Assembly (NCBI GenBank): GCA_002360555.1 | Contig: DEQS01000105.1 | Span: 172,154 to 236,153 of the forward strand | Length of the DNA stretch: 64,000 nt | Direction: 5' to 3' | Source of the DNA: Chloracidobacterium sp. UBA3360 | GTDB lineage: Bacteria > Acidobacteriota > Blastocatellia > Pyrinomonadales > Pyrinomonadaceae | Shown: positions 44,114 to 53,661 of the stretch, one piece after another | Layout of the letters: every line of letters starts with the position of its first letter | Position numbering within the stretch: position 1 is the first letter of the stretch | Program-made: the position numbers and the translations under genes | The notes under the pieces: model-generated | Database searches by the model: none | The model's input: only the letters and a program-made list of their open reading frames with translations | What the model was told of the DNA's origin: nothing

Positions 44114-45247
44114 ATGCCGCTTTCCACTATCGAAGACGCCGCCCGCGACATTCGCGACGGCCGCATGATCATAATCGTCGATGACGAAGACCGCGAGAAC
44201 GAGGGCGACCTCGTCTGTGCGGCCGAAAAAGTCACGCCCGAGATCGTCAATTTTATGGCGGTGCACGGCCGCGGGCTGATCTGTATGCCGCTGACGGAAG
44301 AGCGTTGCGATGAGCTGCAGCTATATCCGCAGACGACGGAAAACACTTCGAGCATGGGCACGGCTTTTACGACTTCGATTGAGGCTCGCGTGGGCGTGAC
44401 GACCGGCATCTCAGCTGCCGATCGTGCAAAAACTATATTGACGGCGGTCGATCCGGCGTCGAAAGCGTCTGATCTAGCTCGTCCCGGACACGTTTTTCCT
44501 TTGAGGGCGAAACGCGGCGGGGTGCTTGTGCGAGTCGGCCAGACCGAGGCGAGCGTCGATATTGCCCGCATCGCCGGTCTGCAGCCGGCGGCTGTTATCT
44601 GCGAGATAATGAATGATGACGGCACGATGGCGCGAATGCCGGAGCTAGAAGTTTTTGCCGAAAAGCACGACCTGAAGATCGTGTCTGTTGCCGACCTTGT
44701 GCGCTATCGCATTGAAAAAGAAACGTTGGTTCGCCGCGTGGTCGAAACAGACCTGCCGACGGCTCACGGCACGTTTCGGACGATCTTGTTTGAGAACGTT
44801 ATTAATGGCGAAACGCACGTCGCTTTGACCCTCGGTGACGTTTCGAGTGCAACCGAGCCTGTGCTTGTTCGCGTCCAAACTGAGAACGTCACGTTTGCAA
44901 TGTTTGGCGCCAGCCTTGGCGAAGCCGCCGCCGCTATGCAGGCTTCGCTCAAAAAAATATCCGACGCTAAGTGCGGTATCATACTGTATTTACGGCAGAG
45001 AGAGAATAATCTAGATCTGGTAAATCAGCTCAAAACTTACGCGTTGATGCAGGAAAGACAGGTTGATTTTGCCGCCGCCCGAATCGAGACCGGTTACGGA
45101 AAGGTCCACGATTACGGGATCGGTGCACAAATATTAAAGGACCTCGGCGTGAAAAAGATAAGTCTTTTGACTAATCATCCGCCAAAGATCAGCGCTCTTG
45201 AGGCGTACGATCTGGAGATCGTAGAGACCGTAGATCTGACTTCCTAA
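44114..45247 (+). CDS. ribBA: 3,4-dihydroxy-2-butanone-4-phosphate synthase fused to a degenerate GTP cyclohydrolase II-like domain (RibBX-type)
   Basis: 377 aa. The N-half is intact ([20 protein letters not shown]). The C-half aligns to RibA, but the zinc cysteines are replaced. E. coli HSECLTGD...SLRCDCG corresponds here to QTENVTFA...ASLGEAA, and EGR.IG corresponds to RENNLD. Confidence 0.8.
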   Translation: MPLSTIEDAARDIRDGRMIIIVDDEDRENEGDLVCAAEKVTPEIVNFMAVHGRGLICMPLTEERCDELQLYPQTTENTSSMGTAFTTSIEARVGVTTGISAADRAKTILTAVDPASKASDLARPGHVFPLRAKRGGVLVRVGQTEASVDIARIAGLQPAAVICEIMNDDGTMARMPELEVFAEKHDLKIVSVADLVRYRIEKETLVRRVVETDLPTAHGTFRTILFENVINGETHVALTLGDVSSATEPVLVRVQTENVTFAMFGASLGEAAAAMQASLKKISDAKCGIILYLRQRENNLDLVNQLKTYALMQERQVDFAAARIETGYGKVHDYGIGAQILKDLGVKKISLLTNHPPKISALEAYDLEIVETVDLTS

Positions 45248-45249
45248 TA

Positions 45250-48200
45250 ATGGCCAGCAGCGACAACGAAAAAAGTGAATTGGCGAGCGACCAGCCGACC
45301 GGCAGGAGCAGTTTTTTCAGGCGGCGAAATGTGTTTGTCGCTATGGGCGTCGTCTTGCTCGGCGTACTGCTCACGGTCGTGATCGCGGTAATAATGTTTC
45401 GTGCTGGTGTTTTCGACACATATACTAAGAACCAGTTCACAGCAAAACTAGCTAACATCGGTATCGATTTTGAGGCCGACGTTTTCCGCGTCAGGGCGTC
45501 TCCGCTCGAACTCGAACTTAAAAACGCAACATTTAACGACAAAAAGACGGGTGAAAAGCTCTTTTTTATCCGCGACGCTCATCTTGGGATGACGATCGTC
45601 GATCTTTTTGCGCTGAGGATGAGTCGTGACATCAACATCGAAAAGACCGACATCAGCGGTGCCGAGGTTTGGGTCAAGTTTGATGAGGACGGCAGGTCAA
45701 ACTTTGCAAACCTCAAGATCGTCGAGGACCAGGCGGGTTCGGCGGTAAATTTTAAGTACGACTCGGTCAAATTTTCGCTCACCGACAGCGTCGTGCATTT
45801 TGGCGACGTAACGCGAAAGATATCGGCGGATGCGAACAACATCGCCTTTTTGCTCTCGCCGATGGAAATGACGGTACTGGGCGACCCGAAGCGCTACAGG
45901 TTCGACTTTACATCGACAGATTCCAATTTCGTTTACGACACTAATAAGGTCGAGCAGGTCAATATCAAGGCCGTTGGGATCGCCGACAACAAAGGTGCCG
46001 AGTTGACGAGCCTCGAACTCCGCACGCCGATCGGCGAATCATTTCTGTCGGGAAATCTGACCGACTGGGCGGCTCCAAAATACAATTTTGACATCCAGTC
46101 GTCGGTCGACATGACCCAGGCGTCGAGCATCTTTATGAGCGGCACGCCGATCGTCGGTGTCGGTAATTTTAAGGGCAAGGTCACTGGCGAAGGCGAAAAT
46201 TATCATATCGAGGGCAATGCCGATGCGGCCAGTTTGCGTGCTGCCGGAATTTCGCTAAAGGCTCTGAATGTCTCCGCGACGGTCGAGGGGACGAATACAA
46301 ATTACACGGCGAACGGCACCGCGATCGCCGAGATGATGACCTTTGATGATTTTCGCATCGATCTCGTCAAGATGGCGGGTAACGTTCGCGGCAGCGGGAC
46401 GGATTTTCGCTGGGTCGGCGAACTGCAGGCGGCGGCGGCAAAAACCAAGTCAATGACCATCGGCGGATTGTATCTGTCAGACGCTCTGGCGGAATACAAG
46501 GACAAACAGTTTCGTGCCGAGGTCGGCAACGGGCGGGCGAAAAAGTTTGCGATCGGTGATACCGAGTTTGCCGATCTGACGGCACGAAACCTACGCCTTT
46601 CGACGCCTAATGGCGGGATGAACCTGACGTCGACAAGTGCGGCGGCGAGGTCTTTTTCGACGCCCGATTACAAACTAAATGGTGTTACGGGCCGCAATGT
46701 CCGCGTTAAGAACGGCAACGGTAGGACGAGCGTCGATGTCGATGCACTGCGTTCCGACAATGCTGAGTTTAAGGGCAACAGGTTAAAGAACGTTTCGGCA
46801 GACAGATTTAACTTTACCGACCTGCCCAATTCGACCGAACTAACGGCACAAAACCTGCGAGCCGATCGTCTCGATGCAAACGGGGTTGTCATCGGCGGGC
46901 TCGATGCGCCGATGGTCGAGCTAAACGACAATGGCGGCACGACGGTCATTTACGCCGACAAGCTGCGGGTCGCAAAGATCGACGCGGGCTCGGCGATACT
47001 CGGCAGCTTAAATATCGGCGGCGTCCGTTTGACTATCCGTCAGGGCCGCGTCGAGGGGCGGACGAATGACATCGACGCCGGAAAGGTGACACTGACAAAA
47101 TCGAATGCTTTGAAGGAAGGCGGAACGCTGGATGGGGTCAAGCTGACGAAACCCGTGTTTATCCTTGAGCCGTCAGGTCGATATCGGGCGTCAGCCGACA
47201 TGAGCCTTGGCGGTGGTGCTGTCGGAAGCATTGCTCTCGGAGCCGCAACTGCCAAGGTCGATGTCAATAACGACCGCGTTGCGTTGAACGAACTGACCGC
47301 CGCCGTGATGAATGGCAGCCTAAACGGCTCGGCCGCGATCGCGTTTAACAACCGCACACGATCAACATTTAACGGCGATTTTGCAAATCTTGACATCGGC
47401 AAGCTGCTCGCATTACAGGGCAGACGCGTGATACCGCTTGAGGGCGAGACTACGGGTCGCGTCGATATTACTTTTGCTGGGACAAATTTTCGCACGGCGA
47501 GCGGCACCGTCAATGCTGACATTAGAGCCAACGCCGGAAACGCGAGCGGCGGTTCGATACCGGTCAATGGCCAAGTGAAACTTACAGGTGTTGACGGACT
47601 ATTTAATGTAGATCTCGCCGACCTTAATACGACTAGCAGCAAGCTGACGGCGACCGGTAAATTTGACCTTAAGGACGAGAATTCCGATCTGACCGTAGCG
47701 TTGCGTTCGACGGATGCCAATGAGATCGACCGGCTGATCCGCGTTCTCGGTGTATCGTCCGAACTGGAAAATCAGCTCGATTCGATGCAGGTGCAATTTG
47801 CCGGTAATCTGACGTTTGATGGCAAGATCACCGGCAATCTGACCGATCCCGATGTGGACGGGCGTGCGTCGCTGGATTCGCTGGTGATGCGCGGACGTAA
47901 TGTCGGCAGCGTCTCGACCGACATCCTTGTAACACCACTCGGTACCGATCTTAAGAACGGCAAGCTCCGGCAGCCGGACGGCGGCAGTGCTGTTTTTGCC
48001 GTAAATATCGCGCGTCTTATTCCAAACGCTACGACGGTAAACGCAACGCTGACAGGCGTCAATGTCGGCAATCTGATCGCGGCGCTGCCCATCGAGCTGC
48101 CCGAACGCATTCGCGATCTCAGCGGCAGCACGACGGGCACGGTCGCTTTGAGTGGGCTGCCTGACCAGGCTCAGGGCGAGGTTAATCTCAATGCCGCAAA

Positions 48201-50349
48201 GGGTGTCATCGCCGGACAGGCGTTCGACGATCTGATTGTAAAAGCGGTCTTTAGCGGCACGACGATCGATCTGCAGAAGGGCGATATGAAGATCGGGGCC
48301 GGGCGGCTGACGGCAAAAGGAACATACGACCGCGGGTCGACCGCATTTAATTTTGACCTTGGCGGTAATGCGATCCCGCTCCCGCTGCTGGTGGCTTTGG
48401 CTCCGCCGAACGACGCGATACCCGTGATCACGGGCGATGTCGATTTTACGGCAAAGGCGACGGGAAATTCGAACGCAACATCTACATACAACGTCAATTT
48501 TAGCGGTTCGGCGCCGAATGTACTGGTCAGCGAAAGCTCGATCGGTAGTGTGAACTTTAAGGGCACGACGGTCAATCAGATACTCACGGCCGACCTGACC
48601 GCCGATCTGAACGGCAACCCGCAGGTGATATCTGCCCTCATTAATCTCGGCAACGACGATCTACCGTTTATCGTGACTACTGATTTTAACCAGAGCCCGG
48701 TCGCTCCGTTCCTGGCGTTTATCCCGCAGCTAAAGACCGTACCGATCACTGGTATTGGAACGGGCCGCGTCGAATTTGGCGGCAACCTGTCGCAGATCGA
48801 CGATAAGGGCAAACGCGTTTATTCGGCCGCGGGCTTGAGCGGAACTGCAGCATTTTCGCAGCTTGCACTACAAATACAGGACACGCCGCTGTCGGCGGCC
48901 GAGCCGATAATGATCCGGTTCAACACATCCGAGATCAATTTTGAGAACGCCAAATTCTCGGGTGGTGGTTCTAACATGACCATCGCGGGAACCAAGGCCC
49001 TCAGTGAGAACGGAACAAATAATCTGTCGATCGATGGCCGGGTAAATATGAATCTGGTCAATCTGTTTACCAAAGACACGTTCTTTTCCGGCTTTGCCGA
49101 CGCGTCAATTAGGCTCGTCGGGCCAAATGCGACGGCGAGGCTTTCGGGGACGGCAAACCTCGTTAATGCGTCCGTCGCGGCATTTCTCGGTTCGGACAGA
49201 TTTACATTTGACCGCGTAAACGGACGGGTTATCTTTACGACAAACCAGTTTGAGATCGATGAAGCCTCAGGCTATCTCGGTGGCGGTAAATTTATTGCCT
49301 CCGGGGGTGGCCTGCTCGAAGGGTTAGCAGTTACGGCGTACAATTTTTCACTCAACGGTACTAATGTCACCGTCCCTCTGCCAAAAGATTTTCTAACAAC
49401 GGGTGATGCACGGCTTGAGATATCGGCGCGCCGTGAGCCGGGAACGACCGCACTGATACCGACGATACGCGGACGCGTGTTTGCCCGCCGCAGTCTTTAC
49501 TCAAAAGATATCGACCTTGCAAATATCGTCAGCGGACGCCGTGATGTCACACTCTCATCGAGCTCCGGTTCGGGGGCCTCGCCAAGGTTTGATCTCATTA
49601 TCGAAGGCCGCGATGCTCTCGTCGTTAGAAACAATGTCGCCGATCTGACGGCGTCGGTTTCGCTTGTGCTGACCGGTGATGCGACTGATCCGCGGATCAC
49701 CGGCCGCATTACGGCAAATAGCGGCACGATCTTTTTCCGCAAAGACCGCTATGTCGTTCAGCGAGGAGTTTTAGAGTTTCCGCCCGACACCGCTTTTGAA
49801 CCGATCATCAATCTACAAGCCGAGAGCGATATCGGCGGTTATCAGGTCTTTGTCGATCTCTCGGGGCCGCTTAAAGATTCCGAGCAACTTACGGCGACGG
49901 TCAGGTCAAGCCCGGCTTTGCCGCAAGCTGATGTCGTGTCGTTGATAACAACCGGCAACCTTGCAAATACCGGCGGCGGCATACCGACGCTGGCGCAGGG
50001 CGGCATCAATACGGCGGCTGAGATATTGACCGATTCGATCATCAATAATCCGGTGCGAAAGGCGACGGACAAGTTATTTGGCCTGAATGTTTTTGAGATC
50101 GACCCGATCATCTCCGGCCAGCGGGCAAACCCGACGGCTCGTCTGACGGTCGGACGCCAGATAAACAACAACCTGCGTGTCACGTATTCGACCAATCTGT
50201 CGCAGGACCAAAATCAGGTGCTCGCGTTTGAGTACCGCGTGTCAAACAAACTGTCGTTCGTAGCTCAGTATGAGCAGCGGCCGCTGAGCAATGTCACGCG
50301 GGCACGTAACAATTTTAGTTTTGAGGTTCGATTTAGAAAGAGGTTTTAG
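45250..50349 (+). CDS. tamB: Translocation and assembly module protein TamB (DUF490 C-terminus)
   Basis: 1699 aa. It has an N-terminal signal-anchor and a long Gly/Asn/Thr-rich beta-rich body. The C-terminus ...LTVGRQINNNLRVTYSTNLSQDQNQVLAFEYRVSNKLSFVAQYE... is typical of DUF490. Confidence 0.82.
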   Translation: MASSDNEKSELASDQPTGRSSFFRRRNVFVAMGVVLLGVLLTVVIAVIMFRAGVFDTYTKNQFTAKLANIGIDFEADVFRVRASPLELELKNATFNDKKTGEKLFFIRDAHLGMTIVDLFALRMSRDINIEKTDISGAEVWVKFDEDGRSNFANLKIVEDQAGSAVNFKYDSVKFSLTDSVVHFGDVTRKISADANNIAFLLSPMEMTVLGDPKRYRFDFTSTDSNFVYDTNKVEQVNIKAVGIADNKGAELTSLELRTPIGESFLSGNLTDWAAPKYNFDIQSSVDMTQASSIFMSGTPIVGVGNFKGKVTGEGENYHIEGNADAASLRAAGISLKALNVSATVEGTNTNYTANGTAIAEMMTFDDFRIDLVKMAGNVRGSGTDFRWVGELQAAAAKTKSMTIGGLYLSDALAEYKDKQFRAEVGNGRAKKFAIGDTEFADLTARNLRLSTPNGGMNLTSTSAAARSFSTPDYKLNGVTGRNVRVKNGNGRTSVDVDALRSDNAEFKGNRLKNVSADRFNFTDLPNSTELTAQNLRADRLDANGVVIGGLDAPMVELNDNGGTTVIYADKLRVAKIDAGSAILGSLNIGGVRLTIRQGRVEGRTNDIDAGKVTLTKSNALKEGGTLDGVKLTKPVFILEPSGRYRASADMSLGGGAVGSIALGAATAKVDVNNDRVALNELTAAVMNGSLNGSAAIAFNNRTRSTFNGDFANLDIGKLLALQGRRVIPLEGETTGRVDITFAGTNFRTASGTVNADIRANAGNASGGSIPVNGQVKLTGVDGLFNVDLADLNTTSSKLTATGKFDLKDENSDLTVALRSTDANEIDRLIRVLGVSSELENQLDSMQVQFAGNLTFDGKITGNLTDPDVDGRASLDSLVMRGRNVGSVSTDILVTPLGTDLKNGKLRQPDGGSAVFAVNIARLIPNATTVNATLTGVNVGNLIAALPIELPERIRDLSGSTTGTVALSGLPDQAQGEVNLNAAKGVIAGQAFDDLIVKAVFSGTTIDLQKGDMKIGAGRLTAKGTYDRGSTAFNFDLGGNAIPLPLLVALAPPNDAIPVITGDVDFTAKATGNSNATSTYNVNFSGSAPNVLVSESSIGSVNFKGTTVNQILTADLTADLNGNPQVISALINLGNDDLPFIVTTDFNQSPVAPFLAFIPQLKTVPITGIGTGRVEFGGNLSQIDDKGKRVYSAAGLSGTAAFSQLALQIQDTPLSAAEPIMIRFNTSEINFENAKFSGGGSNMTIAGTKALSENGTNNLSIDGRVNMNLVNLFTKDTFFSGFADASIRLVGPNATARLSGTANLVNASVAAFLGSDRFTFDRVNGRVIFTTNQFEIDEASGYLGGGKFIASGGGLLEGLAVTAYNFSLNGTNVTVPLPKDFLTTGDARLEISARREPGTTALIPTIRGRVFARRSLYSKDIDLANIVSGRRDVTLSSSSGSGASPRFDLIIEGRDALVVRNNVADLTASVSLVLTGDATDPRITGRITANSGTIFFRKDRYVVQRGVLEFPPDTAFEPIINLQAESDIGGYQVFVDLSGPLKDSEQLTATVRSSPALPQADVVSLITTGNLANTGGGIPTLAQGGINTAAEILTDSIINNPVRKATDKLFGLNVFEIDPIISGQRANPTARLTVGRQINNNLRVTYSTNLSQDQNQVLAFEYRVSNKLSFVAQYEQRPLSNVTRARNNFSFEVRFRKRF

Positions 50350-50361
50350 CAAAAGCTGCGG

Positions 50362-53300
50362 ATGAGTCTGAGCGTCAAAAACATGCCGAACACGCTACGT
50401 CTTATAAGGGCGTTTTTTGGCGTGGGCGTCATCATCATCTGCTCCATCGCGTCGTTTGCTCAGAGCCAGTACGACAAGCAGCGCATCGATAACATCGAGA
50501 TCAATTTTGGCAGCACACAGGCAAACGTACCGCTCGCCGACCAGTATCGCCTGCTTGTGAAAGATGCTCTCGGGCCGGTCTATTCCGCACCGCGGATCCG
50601 CGATGCGATCGATGCTCTTTACTCAACACGGCGTGTCGATACGATCACCGTTGCGGCGACGCTCAATAGCGCAGGCGGCGTTGACCTGAGGTTTGACGTC
50701 AAGCGAAAGACACAGGCCGAAAAGGTAACTGTCGTCGTCGGCACGACCATCGGGGATAAGGTGCTTGAGCAAGACCTGCTGTTCAAACTCAACCTGCTCA
50801 CTCCCGGAACAGCGATCACCGATCAGACCTTACGCTCGAACGCCGACGAGATACTCGATTACCTGCGCGAACGCGGCTTTTACCAATCTGAGGTCGCATA
50901 CGAGCGGCGGCCGCTGCAAAACGAGAACGAGGTCGGCGTGACGTTTCGCGTGATGCCAAACACCCAGGCAAAGGTCGAGACCTTTGACATCAAGATCGAC
51001 GGCTACACCAAAACCATCAAACCCGGCGACCTCAAACTAAAGATCGGCGGCAACTATTCGCGTGAGCGGTTGGTCGCCGATGTCGCAAAGATCCGCGAAA
51101 TCCTGCGAGAGGATGATTTTTTTGCACCGCAGCTCGATGAGCCCCGCGTCGTATATGACGGCGATAAGAACGCCGTCGCGATCGAGCTCAAGGGCAAGGT
51201 CGGTCCCGCCGTCACCGTCAAGATCGAGACCGAAAAAGGCAAACCGAGCAACTCGACGCTCAATAAACTGCTGCCGATCAAACGCGACGGGTCGCTCGAT
51301 TATGCAGCGATCGTCGAGGGCGAACGCCGGCTGGAGAATTACTATCAGGAGCAAGGATATTTCTTTGCCAACGTCACGCCGTATTGTTCGGTCGAGCCGG
51401 GACTCAACGATAACGAAAACAATCCGCTCGCAAACGGTACGACATTTTTGTGCTCATTTCTCGGCAGCGAAGACCTGATGGGCCGCGCGGTCGAGGTCAC
51501 CTACAAGGTCGATCTGGACCGCCGTTTGACGCTGTCCAAGATGCGCGTTCGCGGCACGGACAAACTGACGATCGAGGATATCCAGACCGTTTTGGGCTCG
51601 CGTGTTGCTAGCCTGCTCGGTGTCGTGCCGCTGCTGGGTTACGGCCGAGGATACACAAGCGCGGCGATACTTGAGGAAGACGTGGCGACCGTCAAATCGC
51701 TAATGAACGAGCTTGGTTATCGCGATGCCGTTGTTTATGCAAATCAGGGTGTTTCGACTAACGGCGAGGATCTGATCATTACATTTATGGTCGAAGAAGG
51801 CTTGCCGACCGTAGTCAGCGAAGTTAACATAATTGGCAACACCGCGATCGACACGGCCCGGCTAATGGGCGAGTTACCGGTGCTCGCGGGGCGAAATTAT
51901 TCGCGTGCCCGCCTGCGCAACGCCTTGCAAAAACTGTCGCAATATTACTCGGCACAGGGTTATTACGACGCCAAGGTCACGTCAAAATTTGTCGACACGC
52001 CGACCGCACCCGGTGCCGACAAGCGTGAGGTCAAGATCGAGTTCAATGTTGAGAACGAGGGGAAAAAGGTCCGCATAAATGAGGTGCTGATCAACGGCGA
52101 CGGCCGCACCAAGCGATCAGCGATAATGCGTGCTCTCACGCTTCAAAATGGTGAGCTACTGCGAGCGACCGATATCTATACCAGCGAGCAAAACCTATAT
52201 TCGACTGACGCATTTTCGCGCATCGATATTAAACCCATTTCAAAGGGCGACGGCCCCAACGGCGAACGCCTGACCGATGTCATCGTCAACGTCGAGGAAC
52301 AGCCCGCGCGGCTCGCGACCTACGGCGGCGGCTATTCGACCGATGTCGGGGTCAATGGCTTTTTTGATATTCGCCACGTCAATCTGTTTGGCAATCTGTG
52401 GCAGGGCGGAGCCCGCGTCAAGATGAGCCAACGGCAACAGCTCGTGCAGTTTGACTTTATAAATCCGCGATTTTTACGTGACGGCGAAAAGCGTTTTACG
52501 CCGCTCACGTTAACTGCCCAATACCAACGTGATACGACAGTGACCCGGTTTTTCCGCTCGGCTTTCGACAAGGGCACATTTGGCATCGTCCAGCGGCTCG
52601 ACGCCGACGGCAACCCGATCGATGAATACGGTGCCAACGTCGACAGCCCGACGCTCAACCGTTTGTCGCTGTCCGCCGAGACTAGCCGGACCGTCAGCCG
52701 CAAAAATCGCAGCCTGGTATTCCTGCGTTATCGTTTTGAGGACGTACGGCTGTACAACATCGAGAGCCTCCTGATCAAAGATCTGCTTGAACCGGATTCA
52801 AAGGTTCGTATTTCCGGTTTTGGGCTGACGTTTGTCCGAGATACGCGCAAAAATTGCTCGGTCAAATATTCGCTACTTGACCTGATCGCCAAGGGTGAAC
52901 CGTCCGAGCCGTGCCGTTATAATGCCAGCGATCCGACAAAGGGGGCGTTCCTCACGGCTGACTACAACGTCTCGCTGCCGCAGATGGGGGCGAACATCGG
53001 TTTTCACAAGTTTCAAGCGAGCTACAATATTTACCACACCATCCGACAGCTTAATAACACCACGTTTGCCGGACGTGCATTGATCGGCTTAGCGACTGTG
53101 TTTTCGGGTGGTGACCGTTTTACCGGCTCACAATATCCGTCGCTCAATGGCCTATTGCCGATCAGCGAACGATTTTTTGCCGGCGGTGCAAACAGCTTGC
53201 GCGGATTTGATTTCGAAGAGGCGGGGCCTCGTGTCGCTGTGGTCCCGACCGGCACATATCGTGATAGCAACGGAAATCCTATCTATCTTGAGCCTTTCAC

Positions 53301-53661
53301 CGTGCCGTTTGGCGGCAACGCCATCGCGGTCGTAAATCTCGAGGCTCGCATACCCATTACCAGATCGATCCGTGCCGTGCCGTTTTACGACGGCGGTAAC
53401 GTCTTTCGCCGTGTGAGCGACATCTTTAAGCCGCCTACATATCCGCCGGGCAACGTCGAGCTGCAAAATCAACGCGCCGTTTGGACGCACACCGTGGGCC
53501 TCGGCCTGCGGATCAAAACCCCCGTCGGCGGCGAATTTGGCATCGATTACGGCCGTCTGCTAAACCCGCCGCGTTTCTTGATCCCCCAGACCGTCCCACC
53601 AAACGCGATCTACCAATTGCGTCAGGACCACATCCATTTCCGGTTCTCACAGGCTTTCTAG
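50362..53661 (+). CDS. bamA: Omp85-family outer membrane protein assembly factor (BamA-like), extended POTRA region
   Basis: 1099 aa with a signal peptide and repeated POTRA-like modules. The C-terminal barrel has RFFAGGANSLRGF and ends with an aromatic residue (...FRFSQAF). Confidence 0.85.
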   Translation: MSLSVKNMPNTLRLIRAFFGVGVIIICSIASFAQSQYDKQRIDNIEINFGSTQANVPLADQYRLLVKDALGPVYSAPRIRDAIDALYSTRRVDTITVAATLNSAGGVDLRFDVKRKTQAEKVTVVVGTTIGDKVLEQDLLFKLNLLTPGTAITDQTLRSNADEILDYLRERGFYQSEVAYERRPLQNENEVGVTFRVMPNTQAKVETFDIKIDGYTKTIKPGDLKLKIGGNYSRERLVADVAKIREILREDDFFAPQLDEPRVVYDGDKNAVAIELKGKVGPAVTVKIETEKGKPSNSTLNKLLPIKRDGSLDYAAIVEGERRLENYYQEQGYFFANVTPYCSVEPGLNDNENNPLANGTTFLCSFLGSEDLMGRAVEVTYKVDLDRRLTLSKMRVRGTDKLTIEDIQTVLGSRVASLLGVVPLLGYGRGYTSAAILEEDVATVKSLMNELGYRDAVVYANQGVSTNGEDLIITFMVEEGLPTVVSEVNIIGNTAIDTARLMGELPVLAGRNYSRARLRNALQKLSQYYSAQGYYDAKVTSKFVDTPTAPGADKREVKIEFNVENEGKKVRINEVLINGDGRTKRSAIMRALTLQNGELLRATDIYTSEQNLYSTDAFSRIDIKPISKGDGPNGERLTDVIVNVEEQPARLATYGGGYSTDVGVNGFFDIRHVNLFGNLWQGGARVKMSQRQQLVQFDFINPRFLRDGEKRFTPLTLTAQYQRDTTVTRFFRSAFDKGTFGIVQRLDADGNPIDEYGANVDSPTLNRLSLSAETSRTVSRKNRSLVFLRYRFEDVRLYNIESLLIKDLLEPDSKVRISGFGLTFVRDTRKNCSVKYSLLDLIAKGEPSEPCRYNASDPTKGAFLTADYNVSLPQMGANIGFHKFQASYNIYHTIRQLNNTTFAGRALIGLATVFSGGDRFTGSQYPSLNGLLPISERFFAGGANSLRGFDFEEAGPRVAVVPTGTYRDSNGNPIYLEPFTVPFGGNAIAVVNLEARIPITRSIRAVPFYDGGNVFRRVSDIFKPPTYPPGNVELQNQRAVWTHTVGLGLRIKTPVGGEFGIDYGRLLNPPRFLIPQTVPPNAIYQLRQDHIHFRFSQAF

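Noticed and set aside
44059-44625. 188-aa minus-strand ORF.
   Set aside because: It is antisense to the intact DHBP synthase half of the ribBA-like gene.
47040-47720. 226-aa minus-strand ORF, plus several shorter ones between 45579 and 50195.
   Set aside because: All are antisense to the 1699-aa tamB ORF, whose uninterrupted 5.1 kb frame and DUF490-like C-terminus are decisive.
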